Source: an uncultured Spirochaetota bacterium (GTDB lineage Bacteria > Spirochaetota > Spirochaetia > SZUA-6 > Fen-1364). Taken from it: 55,342 bases of DNA. The stretch is taken from contig CAVUXE010000069.1 of the NCBI GenBank assembly GCA_963745235.1, positions 1 to 55,342 of the forward strand, read 5' to 3'. Both the position numbers and the translations under genes were made by a program. This document shows positions 38,319-47,472 of the stretch, piece after piece. The first letter of the stretch is position 1. Each line of letters starts with the position of its first letter. The notes below the pieces were generated by a model. The model did no database searches. It saw nothing but the letters and a program-made list of their open reading frames with translations, and was not told where the DNA came from.

Positions 38319-41300
38319 CTACGTCTTGTCAGGAGCCGCCACTGGAAGCCAGACCCGGAAGGTTGTCCCCACCCCCTTCGTGCTCTCCACCTCGATCCGC
38401 CCGCCGCTTTCCGCAACGGTGCTCTGACAGACGGAAAGGCTCAGGCCGATTCCCTTCACCCGCGCCTGCGTGGATCCCGGTTCTGCCCATTCGCCTTTCG
38501 TCGTGAAGAAAGGGGTGAAAATCCGCGGAGTGTTTTCAGGGGAAATCCCGCATCCGGTGTCGCTCACTTCCAGGGATGAGAAGCCGCCAGCCGCGCGGGT
38601 GCGCACCGTGATTGTCGGGGATGCGCGGCCCATGAGGGCATGGACGGAATTGGAGATGAGGCTCGTCAGGACGAAGCTCAGCATCCCATGAGACGCCAGG
38701 ACCGGGGCGGTCTGGCCCAGATCCACGGTCATGGAAATCCCCTCTTCCTCCATCTGCTTCTGGAACAGGGGAAGCATGGTCCGTACCGCCTCATCCAGCT
38801 TCATCTGCTCGGGGGATGAGGCAGAGGCGCTCGTCAGACCCTGGAGGCGCTCAGTGATGTCCACTGCACGCTGCACGGCCTTCAAGGCTTCCCGGATGTA
38901 CGACCTCGTGCTGGCGGCGAGGCTCTGATCCCGGGCGACGAAATCGAGGTACCCCTTGGCCGCCGTGTTGATGTTGTTGAACTGGTGCGCGATGCCGGCA
39001 GCCAGCGTCCCGAGGCTTTCAAGCCTTTGCGCCCTGATGATCTGAACCTGCATCGCCTTCTGAGCGGTCACGTCGCGGGAAATGCAGGTGATTCCGGCCG
39101 TCTGTCCCGATGCATCCTTGACGAGAGAGATCGAGGTGGAAACAAACACCGTCTGCCCATCTTTCCGCGTGACAGTGCTTTCCAGGTGCTGCAGCTCGCC
39201 CTCCTGCCTGACGAGTTCCCTGATCTCGGGTTCCCGGGCCATGAGCTCGGGAGAAAGAAGCTGGGTGATCGGGCTGCCGATCATTTCCTCACCCGTGTAC
39301 CCGAAGATCTTTTCCGCTCCCTTGTTCCAGCTCGTCACCGAGTAGGCCGTGTCCATGCCGATGATCGCGTCGTTGGAAGAATCCACCATCTCCGCAAGGC
39401 GGACGTTCCTCTCTTCCATCTGGCGGCGGTCCGTGATATCGCGAGATATCCCGAAGGTGCCGATGATCTCTCCCTTTGCATCGCGCAGGGGCATCTTTGT
39501 GGCGGAGATCCACAGCGGGTCGCTCCCGGCCCACAACTCTTGCCCCACGGCGTCGATGAGCGGCACTCCCGCAGCGATGATTCGCTGCTCGTCCTCGAAC
39601 GCCTTCCGGGCGAGAGGAAGGGGGAAGTAGTCGAAATCCGTCTTCCCCAGCATTTCCGAGGGATCCGCGGCTCCCAGGTCCTTTGCGTGAGCCTTGTTGA
39701 GCAGGATGAACCTGCTTTCCCGATCCTTGAAATAGATGTGATCCGGGACGGTGTCCATCAGCGCAGTCAGGAAGGCCCTTTCTCGAGCCAGAGCGGTTTC
39801 AGCCTCGATTCGCTCGGTGATGTCTTCCACGAATCCCTCGAGCTCTTTCCGGGAGGAATCAGGGTCGATGCGGACACGGGTCATCAGGTTCACGACGACC
39901 ACCCGACCGTCACGGTGCCGGTAGCGGTTCTGGATCTTGAGCCACCCGGAAGAGCGCTCGATGTCCTCGATCACGTGCGATCTTCGCGTGGGGTCCGCGT
40001 AGACGACCTCCGCGGCACTCTTCTGATTGACGGTCTCGATGAGATGCTCCGGGGAATCGTAACCGAGCATTCGGGCAAAGGCGGGATTGACGCTGATGAG
40101 CTTGCCATCAAAGGTCGAGCGGAAGATCCCCACCGGCGCCTCCATGAAAATGGAGCGGTACTCCTCCTCGCTCTGGCGGCGGGCGGTTTCAGCCTCGATT
40201 CGCTCGGTGATGTCTTCCACGAATCCCTCGAGCTCTTTCCGGGAGGAATCAGGGTTGATGCGGACACGGGTCATCAGGTTCACGACGACCACCCGACCAT
40301 CACGGTGCCGGTAGCGGTTCTGGATCTTGAGCCAGCCGGGAGAGCGCTCCATGTCCTCGACCACGTGCGATCTTCGCGTGGGGTCTGCGTAGACTACCTC
40401 CGCGGCACTTTTTGCGTTGACGGTCTCGATGAGATGCTCCGGGGAATCGTAACCGAGCATTCGGGCAAAGGCGGGATTGACGCTGATGAGCTTGCCATCA
40501 AAGGTCGAGCGGAAGATCCCCACCGGCGCCTCCATGAAAATGGAGCGGTACTCTTTCTCGCTCTGGCGGAGAGCCTCCTCGACATGCTTGAGAGAACTGA
40601 CGTCCCGGGTGATTCCGACCACGTTGGTGACCTTGCCTTGCGCATTGCGGACCGGCACCTTTGTCGTCAGGATGGAGCGCAGCTCGCCTCCGACGTTCTT
40701 GGGCTCTTCCTTGTTGATGAGTCTCTTCCCCTCTCGAATAATCTCCTGGTCATCCCTTTCGAACTCAGCGGCCAGGTCCCAGGGGTAGAAATCGTAATCC
40801 GTTTTCCCGATGAGCTCCTCCGGCGCGCCTGCTTGCATGACTTCCGCAATGGCCCTGTTGGCCACGATGAACCGCCCTTCCCTGTCCTTCAGGAAGAGGC
40901 CGTCCGGAACGTTGGTGATGACCTCCCGCAGGAGCGATCTTTCCTCTTCGATCCTGCGCTGGAGGTCTCTCCGCTCCGTTATGTCACGGACCACGCCGAC
41001 AATCCCGGTGATCCGCCCGGAGGAATCCCTGAGCGGAACCTTCGTGGTGAGGGCCCAGCCCTGCGCTCCATCGGCAGAGACAATCTCTTCCTCGAAGTTG
41101 GTCCTGGTTGCCCCGGTCCTCAACATCTCCTTGTCTTCAGCACGGAATCCGTCTGCCACTGACTTCGGGAAGAAATCATGCTCTGTCTTTCCGATGATGT
41201 CCTCGGGCGATTCTTTCCCCATGCGGTTCACGAGAGTCCGGTTGACGAGGGTGAACCTCCCGGCCCTGTCCTTGACGAAAATCTGGTCCGGCACCGTGTC

Positions 41301-41837
41301 TATGACGGTGCGGACCATCGATTGCTCACGAACGAGCTTATCCTGGAGCTCCTTGAGCTCCGTGATGTCGATGACGTTGACGAGCATGTATTGATAGGCG
41401 TCTTTCTCTCCCGGGATGATGGCACGAACAAGGATGGAAAGCTTTTTCCCGCTGAGTGTGAGAGCAGTGCTTTCCTGTTCGAGCAGAGTACGGCCCTCCG
41501 CGACCGCCGTGAACAGCTCGATGAAATCTTCGAGCGACTCGGGGTCCAGAGTGGTGTCCAGTGGTCCCCGGAGATCCTTCCTGCTCTTCGCGCCGTACAG
41601 TCGAACGGCGGCGTCGTTGACGTCCACTACGCGAACAGCCCTGATGCCCTTTCGGATCAGGGTATGATTCGCTCGAAGATAGGTGCGCAGGTCAGGGATC
41701 CTGCGGGACGACCACTCCCGCAGGAGGGCGCGCAGGCCCGAAATGTCCTCTTCCCACAGGGAAACTGCGGAATGCTCGAAGATGCTGCGGTCCTTGCCCG
41801 CGGTGCGTTTCGGCGAACGGGGTGAGGCTTTCGGCAT
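38319..41837 (-). CDS. Cytoplasmic multi-PAS (7 PAS) sensor histidine kinase
   Basis: Seven PAS/PAC repeats, most ending in DIT/DVT-type motifs; AAGIAHQFNN H-box; DTGCG, IFTPFFTTK and GLSLS. No TM segment. Confidence 0.92.
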   Translation of the reverse strand: MPKASPRSPKRTAGKDRSIFEHSAVSLWEEDISGLRALLREWSSRRIPDLRTYLRANHTLIRKGIRAVRVVDVNDAAVRLYGAKSRKDLRGPLDTTLDPESLEDFIELFTAVAEGRTLLEQESTALTLSGKKLSILVRAIIPGEKDAYQYMLVNVIDITELKELQDKLVREQSMVRTVIDTVPDQIFVKDRAGRFTLVNRTLVNRMGKESPEDIIGKTEHDFFPKSVADGFRAEDKEMLRTGATRTNFEEEIVSADGAQGWALTTKVPLRDSSGRITGIVGVVRDITERRDLQRRIEEERSLLREVITNVPDGLFLKDREGRFIVANRAIAEVMQAGAPEELIGKTDYDFYPWDLAAEFERDDQEIIREGKRLINKEEPKNVGGELRSILTTKVPVRNAQGKVTNVVGITRDVSSLKHVEEALRQSEKEYRSIFMEAPVGIFRSTFDGKLISVNPAFARMLGYDSPEHLIETVNAKSAAEVVYADPTRRSHVVEDMERSPGWLKIQNRYRHRDGRVVVVNLMTRVRINPDSSRKELEGFVEDITERIEAETARRQSEEEYRSIFMEAPVGIFRSTFDGKLISVNPAFARMLGYDSPEHLIETVNQKSAAEVVYADPTRRSHVIEDIERSSGWLKIQNRYRHRDGRVVVVNLMTRVRIDPDSSRKELEGFVEDITERIEAETALARERAFLTALMDTVPDHIYFKDRESRFILLNKAHAKDLGAADPSEMLGKTDFDYFPLPLARKAFEDEQRIIAAGVPLIDAVGQELWAGSDPLWISATKMPLRDAKGEIIGTFGISRDITDRRQMEERNVRLAEMVDSSNDAIIGMDTAYSVTSWNKGAEKIFGYTGEEMIGSPITQLLSPELMAREPEIRELVRQEGELQHLESTVTRKDGQTVFVSTSISLVKDASGQTAGITCISRDVTAQKAMQVQIIRAQRLESLGTLAAGIAHQFNNINTAAKGYLDFVARDQSLAASTRSYIREALKAVQRAVDITERLQGLTSASASSPEQMKLDEAVRTMLPLFQKQMEEEGISMTVDLGQTAPVLASHGMLSFVLTSLISNSVHALMGRASPTITVRTRAAGGFSSLEVSDTGCGISPENTPRIFTPFFTTKGEWAEPGSTQARVKGIGLSLSVCQSTVAESGGRIEVESTKGVGTTFRVWLPVAAPDKT
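39793..40569. repeat. Tandem 390-bp in-frame duplication (one PAS/PAC unit)
   Basis: 39793-40179 versus 40183-40569; about 15 mismatches in 387 nt by manual count. Confidence 0.95.
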
Positions 41838-41865
41838 AGGTGAGTCCTTGCGGCGTGATTGGCCA

Positions 41866-42015
41866 TGTGACGGGCCCCGGCTGGAGAACCGTGCCTTATG
41901 GGATGACAACGATTCCTTCCCTGACGGAGTGAGTCCTGAAGTCTCCGTCCCGATGGAGGAAGGGGTCGATGCCGATCCGGCTATTGTCGCCAAATGTGTG
42001 CGTTCTCGTCACGGC
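41866..42015 (-). pseudogene. glgC: 3' remnant of glucose-1-phosphate adenylyltransferase (glgC-like)
   Basis: Reads DENAHI/GDNSRIGIDPFLHRDGDFRTHSVREGIVVIP*GTVLQPG, with one frameshift and one stop. This matches my recollection of the GlgC C-terminus (DKNARIG...GIIVIPK...PGTVI). Confidence 0.6.
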
Positions 42016-42243
42016 AACCTGGTTCATACGGGGAGGCAAACGAAGCCCCAAGCGATGTGGCGCCCTCCTACACATAGGATACAATGGCGTACAGCGGCCC
42101 GTCCTCCAGCACGAAGTGCAGTAGCGTGGGCAACCATCTCGTAACCCTTCCCAGGAAGGTGCGCAGAGAATTGCCAAGGGAACTGCGTGAACATAGCTGG
42201 AAGTGAAGAGCTATGATCGTCTGTGACTGGAATCGCGCGGGGT

Positions 42244-43830
42244 TCACAAAGTCTTCCGTGGCTCAGAGAAACGAGCGCGCACAGTAGTGCCCCGGCCCTG
42301 TGCCGACTCGATTGACAGCGACCCACCAGCCAGGGAGGCTCGCTCTTCCATCGTCAGCAATCCCTGGCTGGCTCCCGCGATGGCGCTTGCGCGGGCTGAT
42401 TGAACATCGAACCCGCTGCCGTCGTCTCGGACCACCAACTCCACCTCGTTCGAGACGACTCGAAGAGAAACGCCGACCCAGCGGGCGTTCGCATGGCGGA
42501 CGACATTTGTCAACGCCTCCTGCGCAACGCGGAAGCATGTCGTCTCGACAGCGGGCAAGAGGCGTTGCTCGAGCTCGATGTCGATCTCGAAAGCGAGTCC
42601 CGCCCGCTTTCCCTCACGCTCGACGTACCAGCGGAGGGCCGCGGCCAGCCCGAGGTCGTCAAGCACAGGTGGACGTAGATCGAATGCGAGGTTGCGCAAC
42701 CGGTCTATCGCGGCGTCAATCAGCGCGACATTCTCGGCCCTGCTCTGGGCCGGAGAGGCTCCGTCGCGTTGCAGGTTTGTGCGGAGGGCAGTAAGCACCT
42801 GGCCGAAGTCGTCGTGCAGCTCCCGGGCGATGGCTCGCCGCTCGGCCTCCTGCGCTTCGATCAGCTTGCGGGAAAGCACGCTGAGCTGCTCGCGCTTTTC
42901 CAGCAGCTCCGCTGACGCCCGCGCGTGCTCGATGGCAGCGGTGAGCACGTTGGCAATCGACTGCAGAAAGTTGATGTCCTCCTGGGCGAAAGCCCGACGG
43001 GTCTTGGAGTGGAAGCCCAGGACCCCGAAGGGCTTCCTGTCACCCTTGATGAGCACGCTCACCCCGCTCACGATCCCCTGCTCAAGGAGCAGCGGGTCGG
43101 CGGAGAAGCGCGCGTCGGTTGATAGATCCTCCATGACGCAAGGCTCGTCGGACACCAGTGTGTAGGCACACTGTGACCCGCTGCCCGCAGGCAGAGTGAC
43201 GCTCCCCACCAGTCCCGCTTTCCACCCGATTGCGGCACGCAGAAGCAGTGTGTCGTTCCCAAGAAGCTCAGCAACCTCGGCGATCTCGACCGAGCACGTG
43301 CGCACCACGAGCGCAAGCGCTTCGTCAAAAAGTGCCTGGATGTCACCGCCCTGCAGCGCGCTCTGGCCGAGCTGCGCCACCGCGGCCTGCTGCCGTACGC
43401 GTCTGCCCAGCTCATCCTCGGCGCGCCTGCGATCGGTGAGGTCGACGTTCGTGCCGAAAGCGCGTACTGGGGTGCCATTCGCGTCGTGGACAACCCGCTG
43501 GAGGCCGCGGATCACGCGCACCTCGCCGTCAGGCAGGATGATCCTGTACTCGATTTCCGGCGATCCCGTTCCGCGGAGCAATTCTTCACGGCGTTTGAGC
43601 ACCCACGCTCGATCGTCAGGATGGACAGCCTCGGAGTATTCCTCGAAGCGTGCGCCCTGGGAGGCGTCGTCACCGAAGAACAGCCTGCGGTTCCCTCCTG
43701 TCGTGATGACGTCGCCGGTTACGAGGTCGATCTCCCAGCTCCCGATCTGCCCGATTGATTCTGCGTCGAGCAGAAGCCGGTGGCTCTTCCGCAGCTCCTC
43801 CTCGTCGTGCTCGGGCTTGATTTCACCCAT
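42244..43830 (-). CDS. PAS-GAF histidine kinase, HisKA_3 (NarX/UhpB-type)
   Basis: IGSWEID PAS, a GAF domain, ERRAIARELHDDFGQ, QEALTNVVRH and DDGSGF. Confidence 0.92.
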   Translation of the reverse strand: MGEIKPEHDEEELRKSHRLLLDAESIGQIGSWEIDLVTGDVITTGGNRRLFFGDDASQGARFEEYSEAVHPDDRAWVLKRREELLRGTGSPEIEYRIILPDGEVRVIRGLQRVVHDANGTPVRAFGTNVDLTDRRRAEDELGRRVRQQAAVAQLGQSALQGGDIQALFDEALALVVRTCSVEIAEVAELLGNDTLLLRAAIGWKAGLVGSVTLPAGSGSQCAYTLVSDEPCVMEDLSTDARFSADPLLLEQGIVSGVSVLIKGDRKPFGVLGFHSKTRRAFAQEDINFLQSIANVLTAAIEHARASAELLEKREQLSVLSRKLIEAQEAERRAIARELHDDFGQVLTALRTNLQRDGASPAQSRAENVALIDAAIDRLRNLAFDLRPPVLDDLGLAAALRWYVEREGKRAGLAFEIDIELEQRLLPAVETTCFRVAQEALTNVVRHANARWVGVSLRVVSNEVELVVRDDGSGFDVQSARASAIAGASQGLLTMEERASLAGGSLSIESAQGRGTTVRARFSEPRKTL

Positions 43831-44049
43831 GCAGACGCCGATCAACCGGAATGGTTAGAAAAGAGGGATATGGTATTGCTCAGGGAAGCACTGAACGCCA
43901 GTATCTCGGAACGCATATAGGTAATTATAGCAAAATTCGATGAAATGAAAAATGCCACGCTCAAATTGTTACTATTGTTACTAAAGGTATCTTATGCGAC
44001 GAGCCGCGTACGGAACTTCACCGCTCTCGGTCTGCTGACAGTGTCCGTG

Positions 44050-44682
44050 CTACGAAACGAGCCCGTGCTGAAGCGCATAGCGGATGAGCTGGGTGTTTGT
44101 CTCCATGCCCATCTTTGAGAGGATTCGTGATCGATAGGTGCTAACCGTCTTGATGCTGAGGTTCATCTCCTCCGCGATGTCCGACACCTGCTTCCCGGCT
44201 CCGATGAGAACGAGAACGCGCATCTCCCGGTCAGAGAGGCTTTCGTGCGGTGACTGCCGGCTCTCGTCCTCGACATAGGAGGCGAGCATGTCCGCTACCG
44301 AAGGAGTGATATACCTTCTGCCCGCCGCAACCGTCCTGATTGCCTCAAGCAGCTCTTCGGGCGGGCGTCCTTTTGTGAGGTACGCGGAAGCCCCGTCCCG
44401 AAGGCTGTGAATCGCGTATTGCGCTTCTGAATGCATGCTCAACACGAGCACTCTCAACTCGGGATTCTCCGCCTTGAGCTCCCGCAAGATGTCCAATCCA
44501 CCCCGGCCTGGCATCGTGATGTCCAATATGGCAACGTCGAACGGAAGGGAACGCACCAGCTCCAACGCCTCCTGCCCGGTCGCTGCTTCGCCGCCAACCT
44601 CTATATCAGGGCTGTCCGAAACGATCTGTACAATCCCTTTTCTGACGACGCTGTGGTCGTCGACCACCAGAACACGAATCAT
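44050..44682 (-). CDS. NarL/LuxR family response regulator
   Basis: VLVVDDH, LDITMP, LSMH; LSDRE...SIKTVSTYRSRI HTH. Confidence 0.95.
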   Translation of the reverse strand: MIRVLVVDDHSVVRKGIVQIVSDSPDIEVGGEAATGQEALELVRSLPFDVAILDITMPGRGGLDILRELKAENPELRVLVLSMHSEAQYAIHSLRDGASAYLTKGRPPEELLEAIRTVAAGRRYITPSVADMLASYVEDESRQSPHESLSDREMRVLVLIGAGKQVSDIAEEMNLSIKTVSTYRSRILSKMGMETNTQLIRYALQHGLVS

Positions 44683-46247
44683 GATAGCTTTCCTTCCTCG
44701 GGAACAGGAACGCGTGCCAAAAGGACAGTCCCGGAACCCGGTTCCCCCCTGATCGAAAGATCTCCTCCCAATTCCACAACACTCTCGCGCAAGCCGATAA
44801 GGCCATAGGAGTCAGGCGCCGCCGCTTTCTGAGCCGTAATTCCAATTCCGTCGTCTTCAATCTGGAGATTCAGCATGCCGTCTCCGACGAACGCGTGAAC
44901 GGCGGCATGATCCGCGCGGGAATGCCGCCCGATGTTTGCCAGAGCCTCCTGGGTGAATCTGTACAAGACCGTCGCGGCGTTTTTTCCAACCATCCCTTGG
45001 GGAATATCCGTGGTTACCTTGCAAGTGATCTTCGTTCGTCGCATGAAATCGGTGCATAGCCAATCCAGGGCCGCCTCCAGCCCGAGATCATCAAGCATCC
45101 GCGGGCGCAAATCCGAAGCAAGACGCCGCACAGTACTGATGGCCTGCTCCCCGAGCTCTATCGTTCCCGCAATCTTTTCACGCAAAGATGCCGTGTCTCC
45201 CCCCAGATGCTTCGCCACCCAGTGCAGGTCCATTTTGAGAGCAATGAGTGTCTGGCCGAACTCGTCATGAAGCTCCTGGGCAATCTTGCGGCGTTCCTCT
45301 TCCCTGACACGGAGGAGATTGGTTGCAAGATTCCTCATCTCCAGGCGCGAGAGCTCCAGCTTCTTGTTTGTCTCCGCAAGTGCCTTCGTTCGGACCTTCA
45401 CCTGGTCATCGAGATGCAAGCGAAACAACTCACTCAGGTACTCGGGAAGGGTTGTCCCATGAATCCTCGTTTCCCAGATTCCCGCCATGATCGCTGCAAG
45501 AAAATAGAAATCCGCAAAATACCTGGAAATTGTTCCCACCCAGCTGAGAAGACTGTCGAATGGGATCGGGCTCAAAAGGGTCAGAATCCCGAGTCCTGTG
45601 AGGAACAAGCCGTTGGAATAAAGGCTGAGAAACCGCATTCGCGTCCGGCCGTGAAGGGAGACGAGGAGGACTGCACTTATGGCATACGCCATCCCTGCGA
45701 GTGTCATCACCACCTGGCGACTCATGGTCGGGCCTTGGCGTTGGTCTAGAAAAATCAGGAACGCGCCCTTGATCGCGAGAAACGAAATCAGCAGCAGAGC
45801 CAGCGCAGCACCCAGATAGACTGCGACGCACGTCAAAACTGCGCTTCGCTTCGAGGATCGCACGTTCGCGGTAGAACCAAAAGTCAATAAGGCGACGCCG
45901 CTGAGATGATAAACGGAGCTAAGGAGCATGCTGCTGTCAAAAAGGGTGGAGGTAAAGTTTGCACCGTATTTCGGGAGCCCCCAGATGCTCACTATGTCCC
46001 CTAATCCGATGGCCAACATGCCGCACCCAAAGAGAAGGAATATGCGCGACCCGCGATGCACATAACTTCTCGCGGCCAGGAAGGCAATAGCGAAAGGCAG
46101 TACAGCCAGTATGCTGTCAGACACACCTTCAAGAACGAGAGGTCTGGGAATCTGAGGCGAACGAAACCACGCGGATATGCCGGCTGCCGCAAGGCAGCAT
46201 AAGGTGGGAATTACGTGCGCGTATTCGCCAACGTAATCATTTTTCAT
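44679..46247 (-). CDS. Membrane multi-TM (MASE3-like) HisKA_3 histidine kinase
   Basis: About 8 hydrophobic segments; EERRKIAQELHDEFGQ, QEALANIGRH and DDGIG. Stop overlaps the regulator start. Confidence 0.88.
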   Translation of the reverse strand: MKNDYVGEYAHVIPTLCCLAAAGISAWFRSPQIPRPLVLEGVSDSILAVLPFAIAFLAARSYVHRGSRIFLLFGCGMLAIGLGDIVSIWGLPKYGANFTSTLFDSSMLLSSVYHLSGVALLTFGSTANVRSSKRSAVLTCVAVYLGAALALLLISFLAIKGAFLIFLDQRQGPTMSRQVVMTLAGMAYAISAVLLVSLHGRTRMRFLSLYSNGLFLTGLGILTLLSPIPFDSLLSWVGTISRYFADFYFLAAIMAGIWETRIHGTTLPEYLSELFRLHLDDQVKVRTKALAETNKKLELSRLEMRNLATNLLRVREEERRKIAQELHDEFGQTLIALKMDLHWVAKHLGGDTASLREKIAGTIELGEQAISTVRRLASDLRPRMLDDLGLEAALDWLCTDFMRRTKITCKVTTDIPQGMVGKNAATVLYRFTQEALANIGRHSRADHAAVHAFVGDGMLNLQIEDDGIGITAQKAAAPDSYGLIGLRESVVELGGDLSIRGEPGSGTVLLARVPVPEEGKLS

Positions 46248-46478
46248 GGCGGACAACGCGAGGCAGTCGTACCTCGCTGATCGGGTTTGCCGGATCTAGA
46301 GTCTCAAACTGCTCGGAAAGAAGATGACTGGGCGGCCTTGCAGATGGCCCAACTCGGCTCACAAGCATTCCATACGCTCCCGCAAACAGAATAGTACCAC
46401 CGTTCGCCATCGAAGGAAAATCGGGCCGGCGCTCAAGGGTGGGAGTGGCCCTCTCTCTCTGCAACCCCGATGCGAGAA

Positions 46479-46515
46479 ATCAAGGAGATTTCCCGATGTA
46501 GGACAAACACCGACA
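46479..46515. promoter_or_regulatory. Tandem imperfect palindromes, candidate NarL/LuxR-type regulator sites
   Basis: ATCAAG-N7-CCCGAT and TGTAGG-N7-CCGACA between the divergent kinase and chemosensory operons. Confidence 0.4.
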
Positions 46516-46594
46516 AAACCTTTGCCGTCACTCTGACAAATAATTCAGACGACGCTGACCGTCAATTTTGACCCATTCGATATAAACTGGCGAG

Positions 46595-46966
46595 ATGAAG
46601 GTTCTTTTCATCGCAGGCGCCTCTCCGACCAGAGAGCGTTTGGCGGAGGTAATCTCGGAATTGTCGGGGGTGCAAGTTGAGATCTGTGAGCCTGATGGGC
46701 TGAAAGACCGAAAGATCATGGAAGTCCATCCCGACGTTATCCTGATCGATATGGATCAATCGCGCGGCCGCGGTCTCGAAACTATCAGACAATTCCGCAA
46801 GCTACCGAGAGAACGTGTTCCTGTCATTATGGCGATTGGCAGCATCGCTTCGCTGCAATACCGGGCGAGCTGCGCGGAGGCTGGGGCAATGTACTTCTTT
46901 GATCGTGTACGCGAGCAAGACTGGCTTATTGATTCCCTCGCTTCAATCCGTGAACAGCTGACGTAA
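46595..46966 (+). CDS. Atypical single-domain response regulator
   Basis: PDVILIDM...GLETIR...AGAMYFFDR receiver pattern; the acidic DD pair is absent and Lys is replaced by Arg. Confidence 0.75.
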   Translation: MKVLFIAGASPTRERLAEVISELSGVQVEICEPDGLKDRKIMEVHPDVILIDMDQSRGRGLETIRQFRKLPRERVPVIMAIGSIASLQYRASCAEAGAMYFFDRVREQDWLIDSLASIREQLT

Positions 46967-46992
46967 GCGGACGGATGAGGGAGACCGGTGAG

Positions 46993-47472
46993 ATGAGCCA
47001 GAGCGTCGTTTTCTCCCTGGACACGCGGCTTTATGCGATTAGCCTTTCTGCCGTACGACGCGTCGTGCAAGCCGTTGAGCTCACCCCTCTGCCGAATGCT
47101 CCTCCTATTGTGAAAGGAGTCATCAACCTCGGCGGACTGATAATTCCCGTTGTTAATATTCGCCGGCGGTTCCGGCTCCCCGAGCGCGAGTTGGAGCTCT
47201 CCGACCAGTTTATTGTGGCCACGGCCCTCAGGCGTGACTTGCACGAAGACGGCGGCCGGCTTCTCGCATTGGTTGTAGATACGGTGGTCGGTGTGCGCGA
47301 AATCTTGGCGCAGGAAACGACTTCTGCAGCGGCGATACTGCCGGGCCTGGAACATCTGGAAGGGGTGGCAAGGACCGACGATGGACTGATTCTGATCCAC
47401 GACCTCGGAACCTTCCTCTCCCCGGAGGAAGAAGATGCCCTCGAGGCGATCCTGCCAGTGAGTATTCAATGA
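46993..47472 (+). CDS. cheW: CheW coupling protein (WspB-like position)
   Basis: LTPLPNAP...GVINLGG...ALVVDTV. Confidence 0.9.
   Translation: MSQSVVFSLDTRLYAISLSAVRRVVQAVELTPLPNAPPIVKGVINLGGLIIPVVNIRRRFRLPERELELSDQFIVATALRRDLHEDGGRLLALVVDTVVGVREILAQETTSAAAILPGLEHLEGVARTDDGLILIHDLGTFLSPEEEDALEAILPVSIQ

Noticed and set aside
38985-41162. 725-aa plus-strand ORF with an internal repeat
   Set aside because: Antisense to the PAS kinase; its repeat only mirrors the 390-bp duplication.
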